A stretch of DNA of 64,000 bases from an uncultured Dehalococcoidales bacterium (GCA_964443325.1 CAYUCL010000003.1:33961-97960); one strand, 5' to 3'; counted from the stretch's first letter, positions 29,067 through 39,675 are shown. Notes: a model not told the origin generated them from the letters alone. Numbers and translations are program-made.

Positions 29067-29552
29067 ATGACAGTGGAGCATCAAAACGAGGAACTTGTCG
29101 AACATGTGCTCGAGCTCGGGGCCAAGATATTCCACGAGTTGCTTCCCATAATACCAAAAGAGGTGCTTCAATTCGACCTGACCATGCCCCAGCTCAAGGT
29201 CGTCCTTCTTCTCTTCTTAAATGGGCCGATGCGCATGAGTGATTTAGCCTCTGGGTTGAGCGTCAGCCTGGCTACAGTAACGGGAGTGGTAGACCGATTA
29301 GTTGAAAGAGACGTCGTGTTGCGGGAGAGCGAGCCCACGGATCGCCGGGTGGTGTTGTGCCGTCTATCGGAGAAAGGCCAGGAGCTGACAGATGTGCTGT
29401 GGAAATCGGCCCGCGACAGAACAAGGGAGCTGCTTATGGCAATGACCGTACCCCACCTGCAGTTGCTCAACGAAGCGCTCGAGGCGCTGCTACAGGCCGG
29501 TACAGCAAAGAAAGATGACTTACAGCAGGTAAGGGTAAATGATATTCAATGA
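29067..29552 (+). CDS. MarR family transcriptional regulator
   Basis: Winged-helix region MSDLASGLSVSLATVTGVVDRLVERDVV. ATG at 29067 with an AGGAGG RBS is preferred to the upstream GTG. Confidence 0.75.
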   Translation: MTVEHQNEELVEHVLELGAKIFHELLPIIPKEVLQFDLTMPQLKVVLLLFLNGPMRMSDLASGLSVSLATVTGVVDRLVERDVVLRESEPTDRRVVLCRLSEKGQELTDVLWKSARDRTRELLMAMTVPHLQLLNEALEALLQAGTAKKDDLQQVRVNDIQ

Positions 29553-29579
29553 GTCTAATACCCACGCAAGGAGGACCGA

Positions 29580-30536
29580 ATGCGTGTGCTGATTTCGGGT
29601 GGAGCGGGACGATTGGGGATCAGTGTCTGCCGGACCTTTTTACAACAGGGATTCCAGGTGCGCGTATTCGACCTAAACACGGAACGCAACAGAAAGAGCG
29701 TCAAAGAGCTTGGGCCCCAAGCGGAGATCTTTTGGGGAGATATCACACAACCCCATTCGGTGCGGGAGGCTATGGAAGGAGTGGACGCAGTGGTTCACAT
29801 GGCCGCCATCCTACCCCCTGTTGCCTACGAGAAACCTGAACTGGCCAGTAAGGTTAATGTGGGAGGTACCAAAATAGTCGTTGACCTGCTAAAAGAAAAA
29901 GGTGGCCATATCCCATTCGTGTTCACATCCTCGGTGGCAGTGTTTGGCCCCTCTCCCAACGCCACTGAACCTATCAGCCCGGAGAAGAATGTGCCGCATC
30001 CCAAAGGGCCATACGGTGAGACCAAACTTCAAGCCGAAAACCTTATCAAAGAAGCAGGGATTAACTATGTGATCTTGCGCCTGACGGCTACTATGTACCT
30101 CGCTTTTGGGACAAGCGACCTCAAGCGCTTGTATAGTGTCTCGCTTGACAATCGCATCGAGTTCTGTCATCCAGATGACACCGCTGTGGCGATACGTAAC
30201 GCCATCAATAATTTTGACGCCGTAAAAGATCAGACGCTGGTGATTAGCGGAGGGCCTGGTCAGCAAATGCTGTACAAGGACATGATTCGTCGCATCCTGC
30301 GAATTATGGGGTTGCCAGTGCCGCCAACCCACAAATTCACCAAGGAGCCATATTATCTGGACTGGTATGACACCAGCAAGTCTGAAAAACTCCTTTGCTT
30401 CCAGCGAACCACGTTTGCTGACTACCTTAAGGACTATTCCCGAGGGCTAACCAAGCAGTACTCCGCACTGTTCCTGCCTTTCATGCTCTACTTTGTAGGA
30501 CCTCTTTTTGGCAAGATTATTGTTCATTTCATTTAA
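29580..30536 (+). CDS. NAD-dependent epimerase/dehydratase (extended SDR)
   Basis: MRVLISGGAGRLG Rossmann motif, a YxxxK-like region, 318 aa. Lies 27 nt after the MarR stop. Confidence 0.7.
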   Translation: MRVLISGGAGRLGISVCRTFLQQGFQVRVFDLNTERNRKSVKELGPQAEIFWGDITQPHSVREAMEGVDAVVHMAAILPPVAYEKPELASKVNVGGTKIVVDLLKEKGGHIPFVFTSSVAVFGPSPNATEPISPEKNVPHPKGPYGETKLQAENLIKEAGINYVILRLTATMYLAFGTSDLKRLYSVSLDNRIEFCHPDDTAVAIRNAINNFDAVKDQTLVISGGPGQQMLYKDMIRRILRIMGLPVPPTHKFTKEPYYLDWYDTSKSEKLLCFQRTTFADYLKDYSRGLTKQYSALFLPFMLYFVGPLFGKIIVHFI

Positions 30537-30665
30537 ACCATAGCACTGCTTCTAGATTGCAACACTAGCGCACATAGCGTAATTCCAAATGAAATCGCCT
30601 ATATAGTCAGCAAATCAACTAAGTCGCATTTGTAAGTCGATCGAAACCTCGTAGCAGATTACTAA

Positions 30666-30698
30666 AGAGAGGATGCCATATATAATGGCATCCTCTCT
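30666..30698. terminator. bidirectional hairpin (14-bp perfect stem AGAGAGGATGCCAT / ATGGCATCCTCTCT, loop ATATA) between convergent genes
   Basis: Seen directly. Located between the epimerase (+, ends 30536) and the zinc-ribbon gene (-, ends 30727). There is no strong U-tract. Confidence 0.5.
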
Positions 30699-30726
30699 CA
30701 TAGCATTGCCCTTCTTAAGTGACGGC

Positions 30727-31017
30727 TTAGCGCCTCATTTTAGAATAACAGTCGCTGCAGTACACTGGTCGCCCTTGTCGGGGCTCGAAAGGTACCTGAC
30801 ACTGAGCGCCACAAGATGCACACACAGCGTCATACATCTGCCTCGGTCGACCATAGCCGTAGCCACCACGTTGCTGTTTCCTGGCTTCTCGGCATTGAAG
30901 ACACCGCTTGGGCTCATTAGTGAAGCCCCTGCTGGCGAATAGCTCCTGCTCGTCCGCACTAAAGACGAATTCCGCACCGCACTCTACACAAGTTAGAGTC
31001 TTATCCTCGTAGTCCAT
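30727..31017 (-). CDS. small zinc-ribbon protein (two CxxC pairs)
   Basis: Start moved to the internal Met (MDYEDKTLTCVECG...) with an AGGAGG RBS. Pairs CVECG / CLQC and CASCG / CSDC, with a Gly/Tyr-rich linker. Confidence 0.5.
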   Translation of the reverse strand: MDYEDKTLTCVECGAEFVFSADEQELFASRGFTNEPKRCLQCREARKQQRGGYGYGRPRQMYDAVCASCGAQCQVPFEPRQGRPVYCSDCYSKMRR

Positions 31018-31454
31018 GGATAACCTCCTTTCTAAAGCACTCGGTTGCCGTTTGGTCATCCATGGCCCAGGGAATTCGTGAGGAATCGCTCGGGGTGGGA
31101 TTTGCAAACCTTCAACCAGAGGAATAGTCTACCATAGAATTGTATGCATGTCAAGCCAGCGTACTCGTTCAGGTGACCGGTATCACCTCACCCTCCCCAC
31201 TTTCCTTGTTATTTTGACATGAACTCCTTCCTTGTCATTCTGAGTGCAGCAAAGAATCCCATGGCGCTCAGGACAGGCTCCGGCGAAGAATCTCGGTTTG
31301 GTAGAGACCCTTATGCATGCCCAGTGAAACAGTAGTGGCGGGTTTTAAACCCGCCCCTACAAAATGACATCCGCCCAATTAATTGGGCAACTACACTTAT
31401 CAACTCATACAATTGCCGTAGTTGCCTGATTTATCCGAAACATTGGCAAACAGG

Positions 31455-31508
31455 GTAGCCTAGAGCATCTGCTCTAGGCTTGGTTGGAGCATATGCTCCA
31501 ACCTACCC
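31455..31508. repeat. compound palindromic element, copy B, immediately 3' of the HpaB-family gene stop
   Basis: GGGTAGC-CTAGAGCATCTGCTCTAG-GC-TT-GGTTGGAGCAT/ATGCTCCAACC-TACCC. On the minus-strand transcript it is followed by UGUUUG. Confidence 0.55.
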
Positions 31509-31515
31509 CATTGTT

Positions 31516-33003
31516 TTAGATGTCCACCTCTGGTGGCCATTCTGGCAGGTCCTTAAGTTCAGGGTGTTCCTTCCACCCAGGTATACCGGCAATTCTCTTA
31601 GCAATGGCTTTATACCTTGGCCAATCAGCAGAAGCGTAAAGAGCCATCCTTTGTGCTGCTAGAGAGCCTTCAGCATGAATAACGGTAGCGTCATGGCTAT
31701 CACCGGTCAGATCCTTTACCAGCCTTATAGCGCGAAGCCGATGTTCAGTTGGTACGCCACCCTTGGCGGCAAGATATTTGTCAATAAAAGGCTTTTCTTC
31801 AGGGTTCATCCAATCTTTGTAGCCAAAGACGGTTGTTGTGACTCCACCCGTGATATCGGCAAGAAGCTTGGAAGCCTCGTGCTGACCATTGGCAAACATG
31901 AACTTGGCTATATTGGTATACATCAGGTTGGGAGCAGCCAAGCCAATATCTTCATACATGTCAGGGTGCTCACAAGCTGCCTTGGCCATGGTATCGTTTA
32001 TCTGGCAATGCATGGCAAGCCATGCCAATTTCTCCTGGATATGAGGATACTTATCCAGACCATTGTATTCAGCCATCAGCGCCGCCGCGCCGGCAGTTTG
32101 CTCCAGTGATATCACTTTGTGAGTAGTGCCAAAGAGACGGTGGAAAACGCCAAAGGTCCAGGCAATATCTCTGGAAAACTGCCATTCGCCACACATAAAC
32201 ACCCTGTTCCAGGGGACAAAAACATCATCAAATACAATCATGCACTCACTAATCCCCGCAGAACGTCCGGTGAGAGGCCAATTCCACTGGGCTTCCTCAC
32301 CCGTTTCCGTAAAATGCGGTGGAGTGGTTATTAATGTGATGCCTTTAGCATTTATGGGAGTGGCAAAGACTAGTGCATAGTCCTTGTCTTCTTCACGGTG
32401 AGCCCGACATGGCGAAATGATCAGTTCGTTGGCATCGGGGGTAGCGCTTATGTGCGTCTTGGCTCCTCGCACTACTATGCCGTCTTTTTGCCTATCAACA
32501 ACCCTGACATAGAAATCCTGATGCTGTTCCTGCGCTGAGGGTCGAAGGCCCCTGTTGCCCTTAACATCGGTAATGGCTCCGGTGATAGCCGGGTCCGCTT
32601 TTTTCAGGTGCTGGCGATAATCCTCAACAGCATCCATATAATGCGTGCCTAATTCCCGATCCATTCTTGTAGCGACAACACCTGCGGCAGCCAGGGCATC
32701 AGGACCCATACCACTAATGCCTGCTCCTACCCGGAGAGCGGTTATATAAACATCCCTTCGTCTTATAAGGTCTTCAGCGGTTTTGGGCTGATTCCACAGG
32801 AACATGACTCTTTCCCCGTCCTCCTCCATGGTAATCAGGTCTCGATATTGAGGATCATTAGCAAGAACATAACCCATGGCTCTACGCTGGATGGCTCCCT
32901 TCATAAGGGGATGCTTCGTTATGTCGGGTATCTTCTCCCCCATAAGATAAATCACTCTTCCGTCATTCAAGCTTTCTATATACTGCTGTGGTGTCCTAAT
33001 CAT
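31516..33003 (-). CDS. HpaB / 4-hydroxybutyryl-CoA dehydratase family flavoenzyme (4-hydroxyphenylacetate 3-hydroxylase-like fold)
   Basis: 495 aa with acyl-CoA-dehydrogenase-like HpaB architecture. Paralog of 45345..46784. No CxxxC / H-x6-C Fe-S ligand pattern of AbfD was noticed. Confidence 0.65.
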   Translation of the reverse strand: MIRTPQQYIESLNDGRVIYLMGEKIPDITKHPLMKGAIQRRAMGYVLANDPQYRDLITMEEDGERVMFLWNQPKTAEDLIRRRDVYITALRVGAGISGMGPDALAAAGVVATRMDRELGTHYMDAVEDYRQHLKKADPAITGAITDVKGNRGLRPSAQEQHQDFYVRVVDRQKDGIVVRGAKTHISATPDANELIISPCRAHREEDKDYALVFATPINAKGITLITTPPHFTETGEEAQWNWPLTGRSAGISECMIVFDDVFVPWNRVFMCGEWQFSRDIAWTFGVFHRLFGTTHKVISLEQTAGAAALMAEYNGLDKYPHIQEKLAWLAMHCQINDTMAKAACEHPDMYEDIGLAAPNLMYTNIAKFMFANGQHEASKLLADITGGVTTTVFGYKDWMNPEEKPFIDKYLAAKGGVPTEHRLRAIRLVKDLTGDSHDATVIHAEGSLAAQRMALYASADWPRYKAIAKRIAGIPGWKEHPELKDLPEWPPEVDI

Positions 33004-33176
33004 GACAACCTCCTTTAATTAGATTTCAACTCCGCTACCTGCTCCATGACTTTTATACTATACAACCTTCTTCACCTCCAACAAGTTAAATTCTACTAAT
33101 GCTTAATACGAAAGACTGCATAACATAGAATATATATTCCCTCTTTCATGTCAAGTGAAAACGAAAGCGCAAGTGC

Positions 33177-34127
33177 CTACTCTGCACCCGCCAATGAGCC
33201 AAAACTCAGGCAAATAGCCATCGCTTCTTCTATCAGTCTCGTTACTATTTGTTCAGCACTCTCGATTTCTGTGATCATCCCGCCAACCTGCCCTGCTGTC
33301 ACGCTTACATCCGATCTGCTCCTGCGTTTCCTCTTAATCTGACTGGCCAGGTCTTCAAGCTCTTGGGCTGTTGCACCTTCTCTCTGTCTACGAAACCACT
33401 GCTCCAACTCAGGGCTTTTGAGCACTCGAACATTTCTACCGGTGAAAATCGGCGTAGGGACTGTGTCTTCTTCTGAAGCTTCAAGTATCTTCTGTTTTTG
33501 TTCAAAGCTAGCCCCACTCTCATGGGTAGCTAAGAAACGAGTTCCCATTTGGACCCCACAGGCTCCTAGCGCCAAAGCAGCAACAAAGCCACGAGCATCG
33601 CCTATCCCCCCTGCGGCAACCACTGGGATCTTCACCGCGCTAACCACCTGAGGAATTAAAGGCAAGCTACAAACTGTCCCCACATGCCCCCCAGCCTCCA
33701 TGCCAGACGCTATAACTGCGTCAGCTCCTTCCTTTTCCATTCGTACAGCGTGCCTTACGGCGGCCACCACCGGCAGAACGGTAATACCACGTCCCTTCAG
33801 CAAGGATACGATGGGCTTCTTGGGATCTCCACGTCCTGTGGTAACTATGGTAACTCCCTCTTCAACAGCCACCTTTGCCACGCGGCTGACAAAGGCTGGC
33901 TTAGCAGCATAGATGTTGAGGCCGAAAGGTTTGTCGGTGAGAGCCCGGGTTTGACTTATCTCCTCTCGCAATTGCCCAGTAGTCAAACCGAAAGACGCTA
34001 AAACCCCCAAAGCTCCTGCATTGGAGACGGCTGCTGCCAAGAGATGCCCGCCACTAACACCACCTAAGGCACCCTGAATAACAGGGTATTTGATTCCAAG
34101 CAGGTCACAAAGCTTCGTGTGAAACAT
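33177..34127 (-). CDS. nitronate monooxygenase / FabK-like FMN-dependent oxidoreductase (NMO family)
   Basis: N-terminal LLGIKYPVIQGALGGVS motif and TIM-barrel FMN pattern, 316 aa. Confidence 0.7.
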   Translation of the reverse strand: MFHTKLCDLLGIKYPVIQGALGGVSGGHLLAAAVSNAGALGVLASFGLTTGQLREEISQTRALTDKPFGLNIYAAKPAFVSRVAKVAVEEGVTIVTTGRGDPKKPIVSLLKGRGITVLPVVAAVRHAVRMEKEGADAVIASGMEAGGHVGTVCSLPLIPQVVSAVKIPVVAAGGIGDARGFVAALALGACGVQMGTRFLATHESGASFEQKQKILEASEEDTVPTPIFTGRNVRVLKSPELEQWFRRQREGATAQELEDLASQIKRKRRSRSDVSVTAGQVGGMITEIESAEQIVTRLIEEAMAICLSFGSLAGAE

Positions 34128-34396
34128 ACTATATATAATGCAATAGGAAGCTAGTCTTCAGAGCGCTCATACTGCCATCTCCCACATCCCCAGGCACCCT
34201 TCATCCAGCACCTGAATGTGAACATCAAAAGCCTACTACCCTGCTTATGAACTGTCAATGGGAGGGGGTCGATTGCGAGTTTCAAAAAGGATGAAGATGT
34301 TATATTATTGGAAGTTAAGATACTAGCTTAATGGCTAGTTGTGTAGATGGGAAGGTTGTTCATCGGAGTTTATTTTAGTCAGCTAGGGGGAATAGA

Positions 34397-35521
34397 ATGG
34401 CTATCGCTATTCTATATCGAGAAGAACTAAAAGAGTATGATTTTGGTCCAGCTCATCCGTTTCGAGGAGATCGGTATGAAGCATTTATTCACCTGCTAAA
34501 GGACAGTTTGACTGAGGACGATATCTATAGGATTATCGAATCAGATTGGGCCACTGCGAAAGACCTGCTGCGAATATGCGATAGTGATTACATAGATTTC
34601 ACCACTGAGTTCTACAAAGCAGCCAATCTAGGACTGGACTATGGTGGGCCATTTAGTCAATTCCACTCCGACGATAATGCACCGGGCGGCATAACAGGGA
34701 AGGTAGAGGAGGCAGCCAGGCTGGTCATCGGGCAGGCTGAACTAGCTTGCGATCTGGTTGAGCGCGGTGAATTCAAAAAGGTAGTGTCCATCGGCGGAGG
34801 GCTACATCATGCCCAGAAAGACTATGGGGAAGGCTTTTGTCTCTATAACGATGTTGCCTTTTGCGCTACATATTTGATGGAAAGCTACGGTTTGGAAAGG
34901 ATTTTAATTTTGGACACCGATGCCCATGCCGGAAATGGAACCAGCGCCTATTTCTACCAGACCTCAAAGGTACTGTTTATCGACTTGCACCAGGATCCCT
35001 TAACGCTATATCCCGGTACTGGGTTTGCCCATCAAATCGGCGAAGGAGACGGAAAAGGTTTCACAATAAATGTGCCTCTCCCGGTTTTTGCCGGCTATGA
35101 CTCCTATAAACTGGTCTTCGACGAGATAGTCCAGCCGGTAGTTAACGAGTTTGGGCCTCAGATTATCATTAGGAACGGGGGCTCCGACCCCTATTTTGAC
35201 GATGGATTGACTAGCCTGGGTCTAACCGTAGTCGGGTTCCGGATGATAGGAGAGATAGTCGCTCAGTTGTCTGCCCAGCTCTGCCAGGGTAGGGTTATCG
35301 ATTTAATCGCCTCTGGGTATAACAAGCGAGCCTTACCTTACGCCTGGCTAGCATTGATTTGTGGATTGGCTGGCATACAAATCTCTATCGCTGACCCTGA
35401 GCCGATTCCTCAAAGATTCACCAAAGATCCTTCATTCGAGGATACCAGGACAGTAGTAGGGGAGGTTAAGGGGAACCTAAAAGATTTCTGGCGCTGTTTC
35501 AGCACGGCTCAATCGCTTTAG
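34397..35521 (+). CDS. histone deacetylase-family amidohydrolase (AcuC / acetylpolyamine amidohydrolase-like)
   Basis: GGGLHHA, FCLYNDVA and ILDTDAHAGNGT zinc-site motifs. Confidence 0.8.
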   Translation: MAIAILYREELKEYDFGPAHPFRGDRYEAFIHLLKDSLTEDDIYRIIESDWATAKDLLRICDSDYIDFTTEFYKAANLGLDYGGPFSQFHSDDNAPGGITGKVEEAARLVIGQAELACDLVERGEFKKVVSIGGGLHHAQKDYGEGFCLYNDVAFCATYLMESYGLERILILDTDAHAGNGTSAYFYQTSKVLFIDLHQDPLTLYPGTGFAHQIGEGDGKGFTINVPLPVFAGYDSYKLVFDEIVQPVVNEFGPQIIIRNGGSDPYFDDGLTSLGLTVVGFRMIGEIVAQLSAQLCQGRVIDLIASGYNKRALPYAWLALICGLAGIQISIADPEPIPQRFTKDPSFEDTRTVVGEVKGNLKDFWRCFSTAQSL

Positions 35522-35834
35522 GGCATCCATCTTTTCCCTGCTATCCAATCTCGACCTTCGTACTGCATTCCCGGGAAAAGCAATCCTTCCATCGTATGTA
35601 TCACGATCGGTGGCGAACGGATGCCCATCTTTGCCGCCTTGAAGCGGTAGATTTGCAATGCATTTCTTAGGTGAGCGGTTTTTCTCCCTCATTATCGCAC
35701 TATGAGATATGCTATTTAATGAATACACCTTGACTTGCGTCCCTACCTATTGTTGATTAAAATATTATCAGCACCATGAAAGTCGAAGCAACAATGACAA
35801 GCGACAATGCCAAGGTAGAGCGAGGTGTAGGATA

Positions 35835-36530
35835 GTGGAAACCGGGGATGAAAGAATACGATATGCCATTGAACACACAGCGGTGTTGAGATTCCCCAGG
35901 CAATCTCTGGCTACATTCGGCACTACCAATGTGAACTACTACTTATTAACCAAACCGGTGTATGCCGAGATGGTAGATAAAGAAGAGACTGTCATAAGGG
36001 AGGGGAGAGTCAGTGCAGAAAGACCGAAGATAATAACACCTTCTTATCTTACCAGACTTGAGGGTTTTGGCGAAAATGCCAGGAGATACCTTGAAGTTGT
36101 AGTGAGAGAGTATGGGCCTCATGCTCCTGGGCTTCTCTATAGCTATAAAAATGAGCCGAAAGGGCTCTCAACTGTATCCGACGGATTGGGCGTAGTAGTC
36201 GGAAGATTAAATGAGAGAATAGACAAGGAAGAAAATAGGCTGGCAGCGATTATACAAGGCATTGATGAACTGTGGGACGTATCGCTACTCAAGTTCATAA
36301 AGGAGTTAACAGAGGGGTCACTTAGAAGCAACCTTGCCGAATTAGGTAGTAGAGGCCTCCTCGACATAGACTACGCCGGTGTTCCAAGAGATGCAAGATA
36401 TCGAATTGAGCTACTTTTTCAGCAGGTCGCAAGCGGTGAACGAGACCCATCGGAACTGAAGAGAGAGCTTGATAGATGGGAGCTGTTCCCTGAATACGAG
36501 GACCGATTCCTCGGCCTATTTAGCAAATAG
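35835..36530 (+). CDS. hypothetical protein
   Basis: GTG start. No family recognised. A promoter-like TTGACT...TAAAAT lies upstream. Confidence 0.3.
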   Translation: METGDERIRYAIEHTAVLRFPRQSLATFGTTNVNYYLLTKPVYAEMVDKEETVIREGRVSAERPKIITPSYLTRLEGFGENARRYLEVVVREYGPHAPGLLYSYKNEPKGLSTVSDGLGVVVGRLNERIDKEENRLAAIIQGIDELWDVSLLKFIKELTEGSLRSNLAELGSRGLLDIDYAGVPRDARYRIELLFQQVASGERDPSELKRELDRWELFPEYEDRFLGLFSK

Positions 36531-36569
36531 GCACATCCCTTCACCGCCGCGGTGGCGCAAATCTGCTGA

Positions 36570-37772
36570 TTACAGTATCGCCCCTTCTTCCTTCATCGCG
36601 ATGATGTCATCCCAGGTGTACCCCAAGTCGAGAAGTATCTCTTCGGTATGCTGGCCCAACTCGGGCGCCTGCTCTCGCACCATGCCCGGCGTCTCGCTCA
36701 GGTCGAGATTGACCCCAACCACCTTGGCCTCGCCGACGCCCGGATAGTCGATGGTCACCAGATAGTCATTCTCTATCACCTGCGGGTCGGAGGCCAGCTC
36801 GGTGAAAAGCTGCACTGGCGCCCACGGGAACTGCCACGGCTCCAGGCACTCGATCCACTCTCTCTGTGTTTTGGTGAGGAACAACTCGTCAAGGATGGAC
36901 ACCAGAGCATCGCTGTTCTCCCGCCTTGCTTCGTAGGCCCCGAAGCGGGGGTCCTCCTTCAGGTACTCTATCCCCACGGCTTCGCAGAACTGTGCCCAGC
37001 TCGCGTCGTCGTGCATAACCGCAATCTGGATGAACCTGTTGTCCTTGGTCTCATAGATGTTGTACAGGGAGCCCTCTTGCACGTGTGACTTGCCATACAT
37101 GTCCTGATTGGCGTATAGAGAGGCATCGACACTACAGGCCGCCATCTTCATGAAGGCGCCAAGAAGTGAGGTGTGCACCAGTTGCCCCCTGCCGCTTCTC
37201 TCGCGGTGATAAAGGGCGAGCATAACTCCGTAAACTAGGTATGTCGCTGCTATGTAATCACCCAGTGCTGGCGGCCACACCGCGGGGCGAACCCCGCGCT
37301 CGACGAAGCTCGTTAGCATCCCGGACCCCGCAACTCCGGTCACCTCGAAGCCGCCACGATTACGGCCCGGCCCCTTCAGCCCCCACCCGGTGCCCAAGGC
37401 ATATATGAGCCTGGGATTCATGTGGGACAGCGTATCGTAGTCCACTCCCAAGCGCTCAAGACCCCCCATCCGCAGGTTTGTTACGAAGATATCTGCATCC
37501 CCCACCAGCTTGTACATCACCTGCCTTGCACTCTCGAAGTGCAGGTCGAGCGTCATGCTCTTCTTTCCACGCTGGATCTGGTCGAAGTACGAATTGAATC
37601 CGTTTGACGGCACGCCGCGCAGGATATCCACCCCTCGCAAAGGGTCACCGCCGCGGGGAGTCTCAATCTTAATCACCTCCGCCCCCATCTCGGCAAGGTA
37701 TTCTGAGGTTCGCGGGCCGAATGCCTGTATGGTGAAATCAACGACCCGTATGCCCTCCAGTGGTGCACTCAT
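36570..37772 (-). CDS. family III CoA-transferase (CaiB/BaiF family)
   Basis: N-terminal LEGIRVVDFT..GP.....LAEMGAEVIKIE motif, 400 aa. Confidence 0.8.
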   Translation of the reverse strand: MSAPLEGIRVVDFTIQAFGPRTSEYLAEMGAEVIKIETPRGGDPLRGVDILRGVPSNGFNSYFDQIQRGKKSMTLDLHFESARQVMYKLVGDADIFVTNLRMGGLERLGVDYDTLSHMNPRLIYALGTGWGLKGPGRNRGGFEVTGVAGSGMLTSFVERGVRPAVWPPALGDYIAATYLVYGVMLALYHRERSGRGQLVHTSLLGAFMKMAACSVDASLYANQDMYGKSHVQEGSLYNIYETKDNRFIQIAVMHDDASWAQFCEAVGIEYLKEDPRFGAYEARRENSDALVSILDELFLTKTQREWIECLEPWQFPWAPVQLFTELASDPQVIENDYLVTIDYPGVGEAKVVGVNLDLSETPGMVREQAPELGQHTEEILLDLGYTWDDIIAMKEEGAIL

Positions 37773-37805
37773 CTATGCCTTCTCCTCTCCATGGTATGCC
37801 AGCTC

Positions 37806-39008
37806 TCAGAGTACTGCACCCTTCTCCTTCATCACAATTATGTCATCCCATGTATAGCCCAGTTCCAACAGAATCTCTTCCGTTTGTTGACCCAGTTCTG
37901 GAGCCTTGCCTCTTATCTGGCCTGGCGTCTTGCTTAGATCGATAGCAGTCCCCACTACTTTGACTTCACCAACCTCCGGATCATCCAAAGTAACAATATA
38001 ATCATTTTCAATAATTTGTGGGTCCGAAGCTAGCTCGGTAAAGTACTTAACTGGCGCCCATGGAAACTGGTATTTCTCGAGGCGCTCGATCCATTCGCTC
38101 TGGATTTTAGTGAGAAATACTTCGTCCAATATAGTAATAAGAGCCACATTATTTTCACGTCTGGCCTCTGGAGAGTTGAATCTGGGGTCATCATTTAAGT
38201 GCTCAAGGCCCATTGCTTGACAGAATTCAACCCAACTGCGGTAGTCCTGAACCACTGCCAATTGTATCCACCTCTTGTCCTTAGTCTGGTACATACTATA
38301 CAGAGCGCCATCACCTTCATGGGGCAATCCAAACATGTCCTTCCCCGCAGCAATGGAAGTATCAATAACAGCGGACATAACCTTCATACAAGTACCCAGA
38401 AGTGATACATGTACCATCTGACCTTCTCCGGTTCGTTCCCGGTGAAAAAGGGCGAGCATTATGCTATATGCCAGAAATGTTGCCGCCGTATAATCACCAA
38501 AAGCCGGCGGGCACAGCGGTGGGCGGGAGCCAGGCTCAACAAAACCCGACACTAATGCAGATCTGGCAAAACCGGTAGCCTCAAAAGCACCCCGGTTCCG
38601 TGCTGGGCCCTTCAGGCCCCACCCAGTGCCAATAGCATAGATTAGCCTGGGATTGACTCTGGATAGAGTCTCATAATCCATTCCCAGCCTTTCCAATCCA
38701 CCCATCCTCAGGTTCGTTACAAAAACGTCTGACTTCTCAATGAGTTTGTATGCTACCTCGCGTGCTTTCTCATGATGTAAATCCATGGCAATGCTTTTCT
38801 TCCCCCGATTGGTTTGCTCAAAATAAGCCTTAAACTTGCCAATTGGCACTTCCCTCATGTTATCTATCCAGCGAATAGGCTCACCGCTTTGGGGATTCTC
38901 TATCTTGGTCACCTCAGCTCCCATTTCAGCGAGATAGGCAGCAGTCTGAGGGCCAAAAGCATATTGGGTCAAATCCAGAACCTTGATTCCTTCTAGAGGC
39001 ATGCTCAT
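37806..39008 (-). CDS. family III CoA-transferase (CaiB/BaiF family), tandem paralog
   Basis: LEGIKVLDLTQYAFGP..AAYLAEMGAEVTKIE motif. About 60-65% identical to the downstream paralog, separated by 33 nt. Confidence 0.8.
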   Translation of the reverse strand: MSMPLEGIKVLDLTQYAFGPQTAAYLAEMGAEVTKIENPQSGEPIRWIDNMREVPIGKFKAYFEQTNRGKKSIAMDLHHEKAREVAYKLIEKSDVFVTNLRMGGLERLGMDYETLSRVNPRLIYAIGTGWGLKGPARNRGAFEATGFARSALVSGFVEPGSRPPLCPPAFGDYTAATFLAYSIMLALFHRERTGEGQMVHVSLLGTCMKVMSAVIDTSIAAGKDMFGLPHEGDGALYSMYQTKDKRWIQLAVVQDYRSWVEFCQAMGLEHLNDDPRFNSPEARRENNVALITILDEVFLTKIQSEWIERLEKYQFPWAPVKYFTELASDPQIIENDYIVTLDDPEVGEVKVVGTAIDLSKTPGQIRGKAPELGQQTEEILLELGYTWDDIIVMKEKGAVL

Positions 39009-39351
39009 CTATGTTTCCTTCTCCTTTCCGTCACTATGTTATTTGGCTAGAATCGTTATCCGCCATTTAATATTCCAATTCTTAACGCGAAGCTGTCCAT
39101 TCCTACCTTCTACGCAAACGTGAGTTTTTTGAACCTTTTGCCCCTAAGAGCCAATCTGCAGGTTTATATAGAATCACCTATCTTTGTTCCGCGAACTTTG
39201 CCAGAATGGTTTGGGGAGAAACCAAAGCAAGAACTGCCACGAATCAGCGGGACAGGCAGGTACAATTTCACAGATGCTTGTTTTGTGTTTACTTTATTCA
39301 GCTTCTCAGATCGTCCAAAGGTGCTACTCTAAATGCCGTGCTTCCAATTTA

Positions 39352-39675
39352 TTAATAGGGAGAACGCTCGTTATCATAATACTTATTCACGAATGCAATA
39401 TATTCATCAAGCAAGGTTGCCGCTTTACCGTTGTCGCCATTATGTATAGCCTTAATTGCGCTTTCCAATATTCCAATTTCCATATCAATCAGCGAGGATA
39501 TATTGCAAAGATTGCCAACGCAGGAACCCATATCGCTTCGCCACATATGCGATTGCTTTATGTCTACTAGCTTTTTTATATCGGCAAGACACTCCTCTTT
39601 TGTTTGAGGGTTAGCCAGTTTTTCTTTGGTAGCAGCCATGGATGCTTCGACATCCCCCTTATCCATCATCAACAT
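39352..39675 (-). CDS. hypothetical small protein (107 aa)
   Basis: No family recognised. Divergent from the LexA-box promoter region. Confidence 0.3.
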   Translation of the reverse strand: MLMMDKGDVEASMAATKEKLANPQTKEECLADIKKLVDIKQSHMWRSDMGSCVGNLCNISSLIDMEIGILESAIKAIHNGDNGKAATLLDEYIAFVNKYYDNERSPY

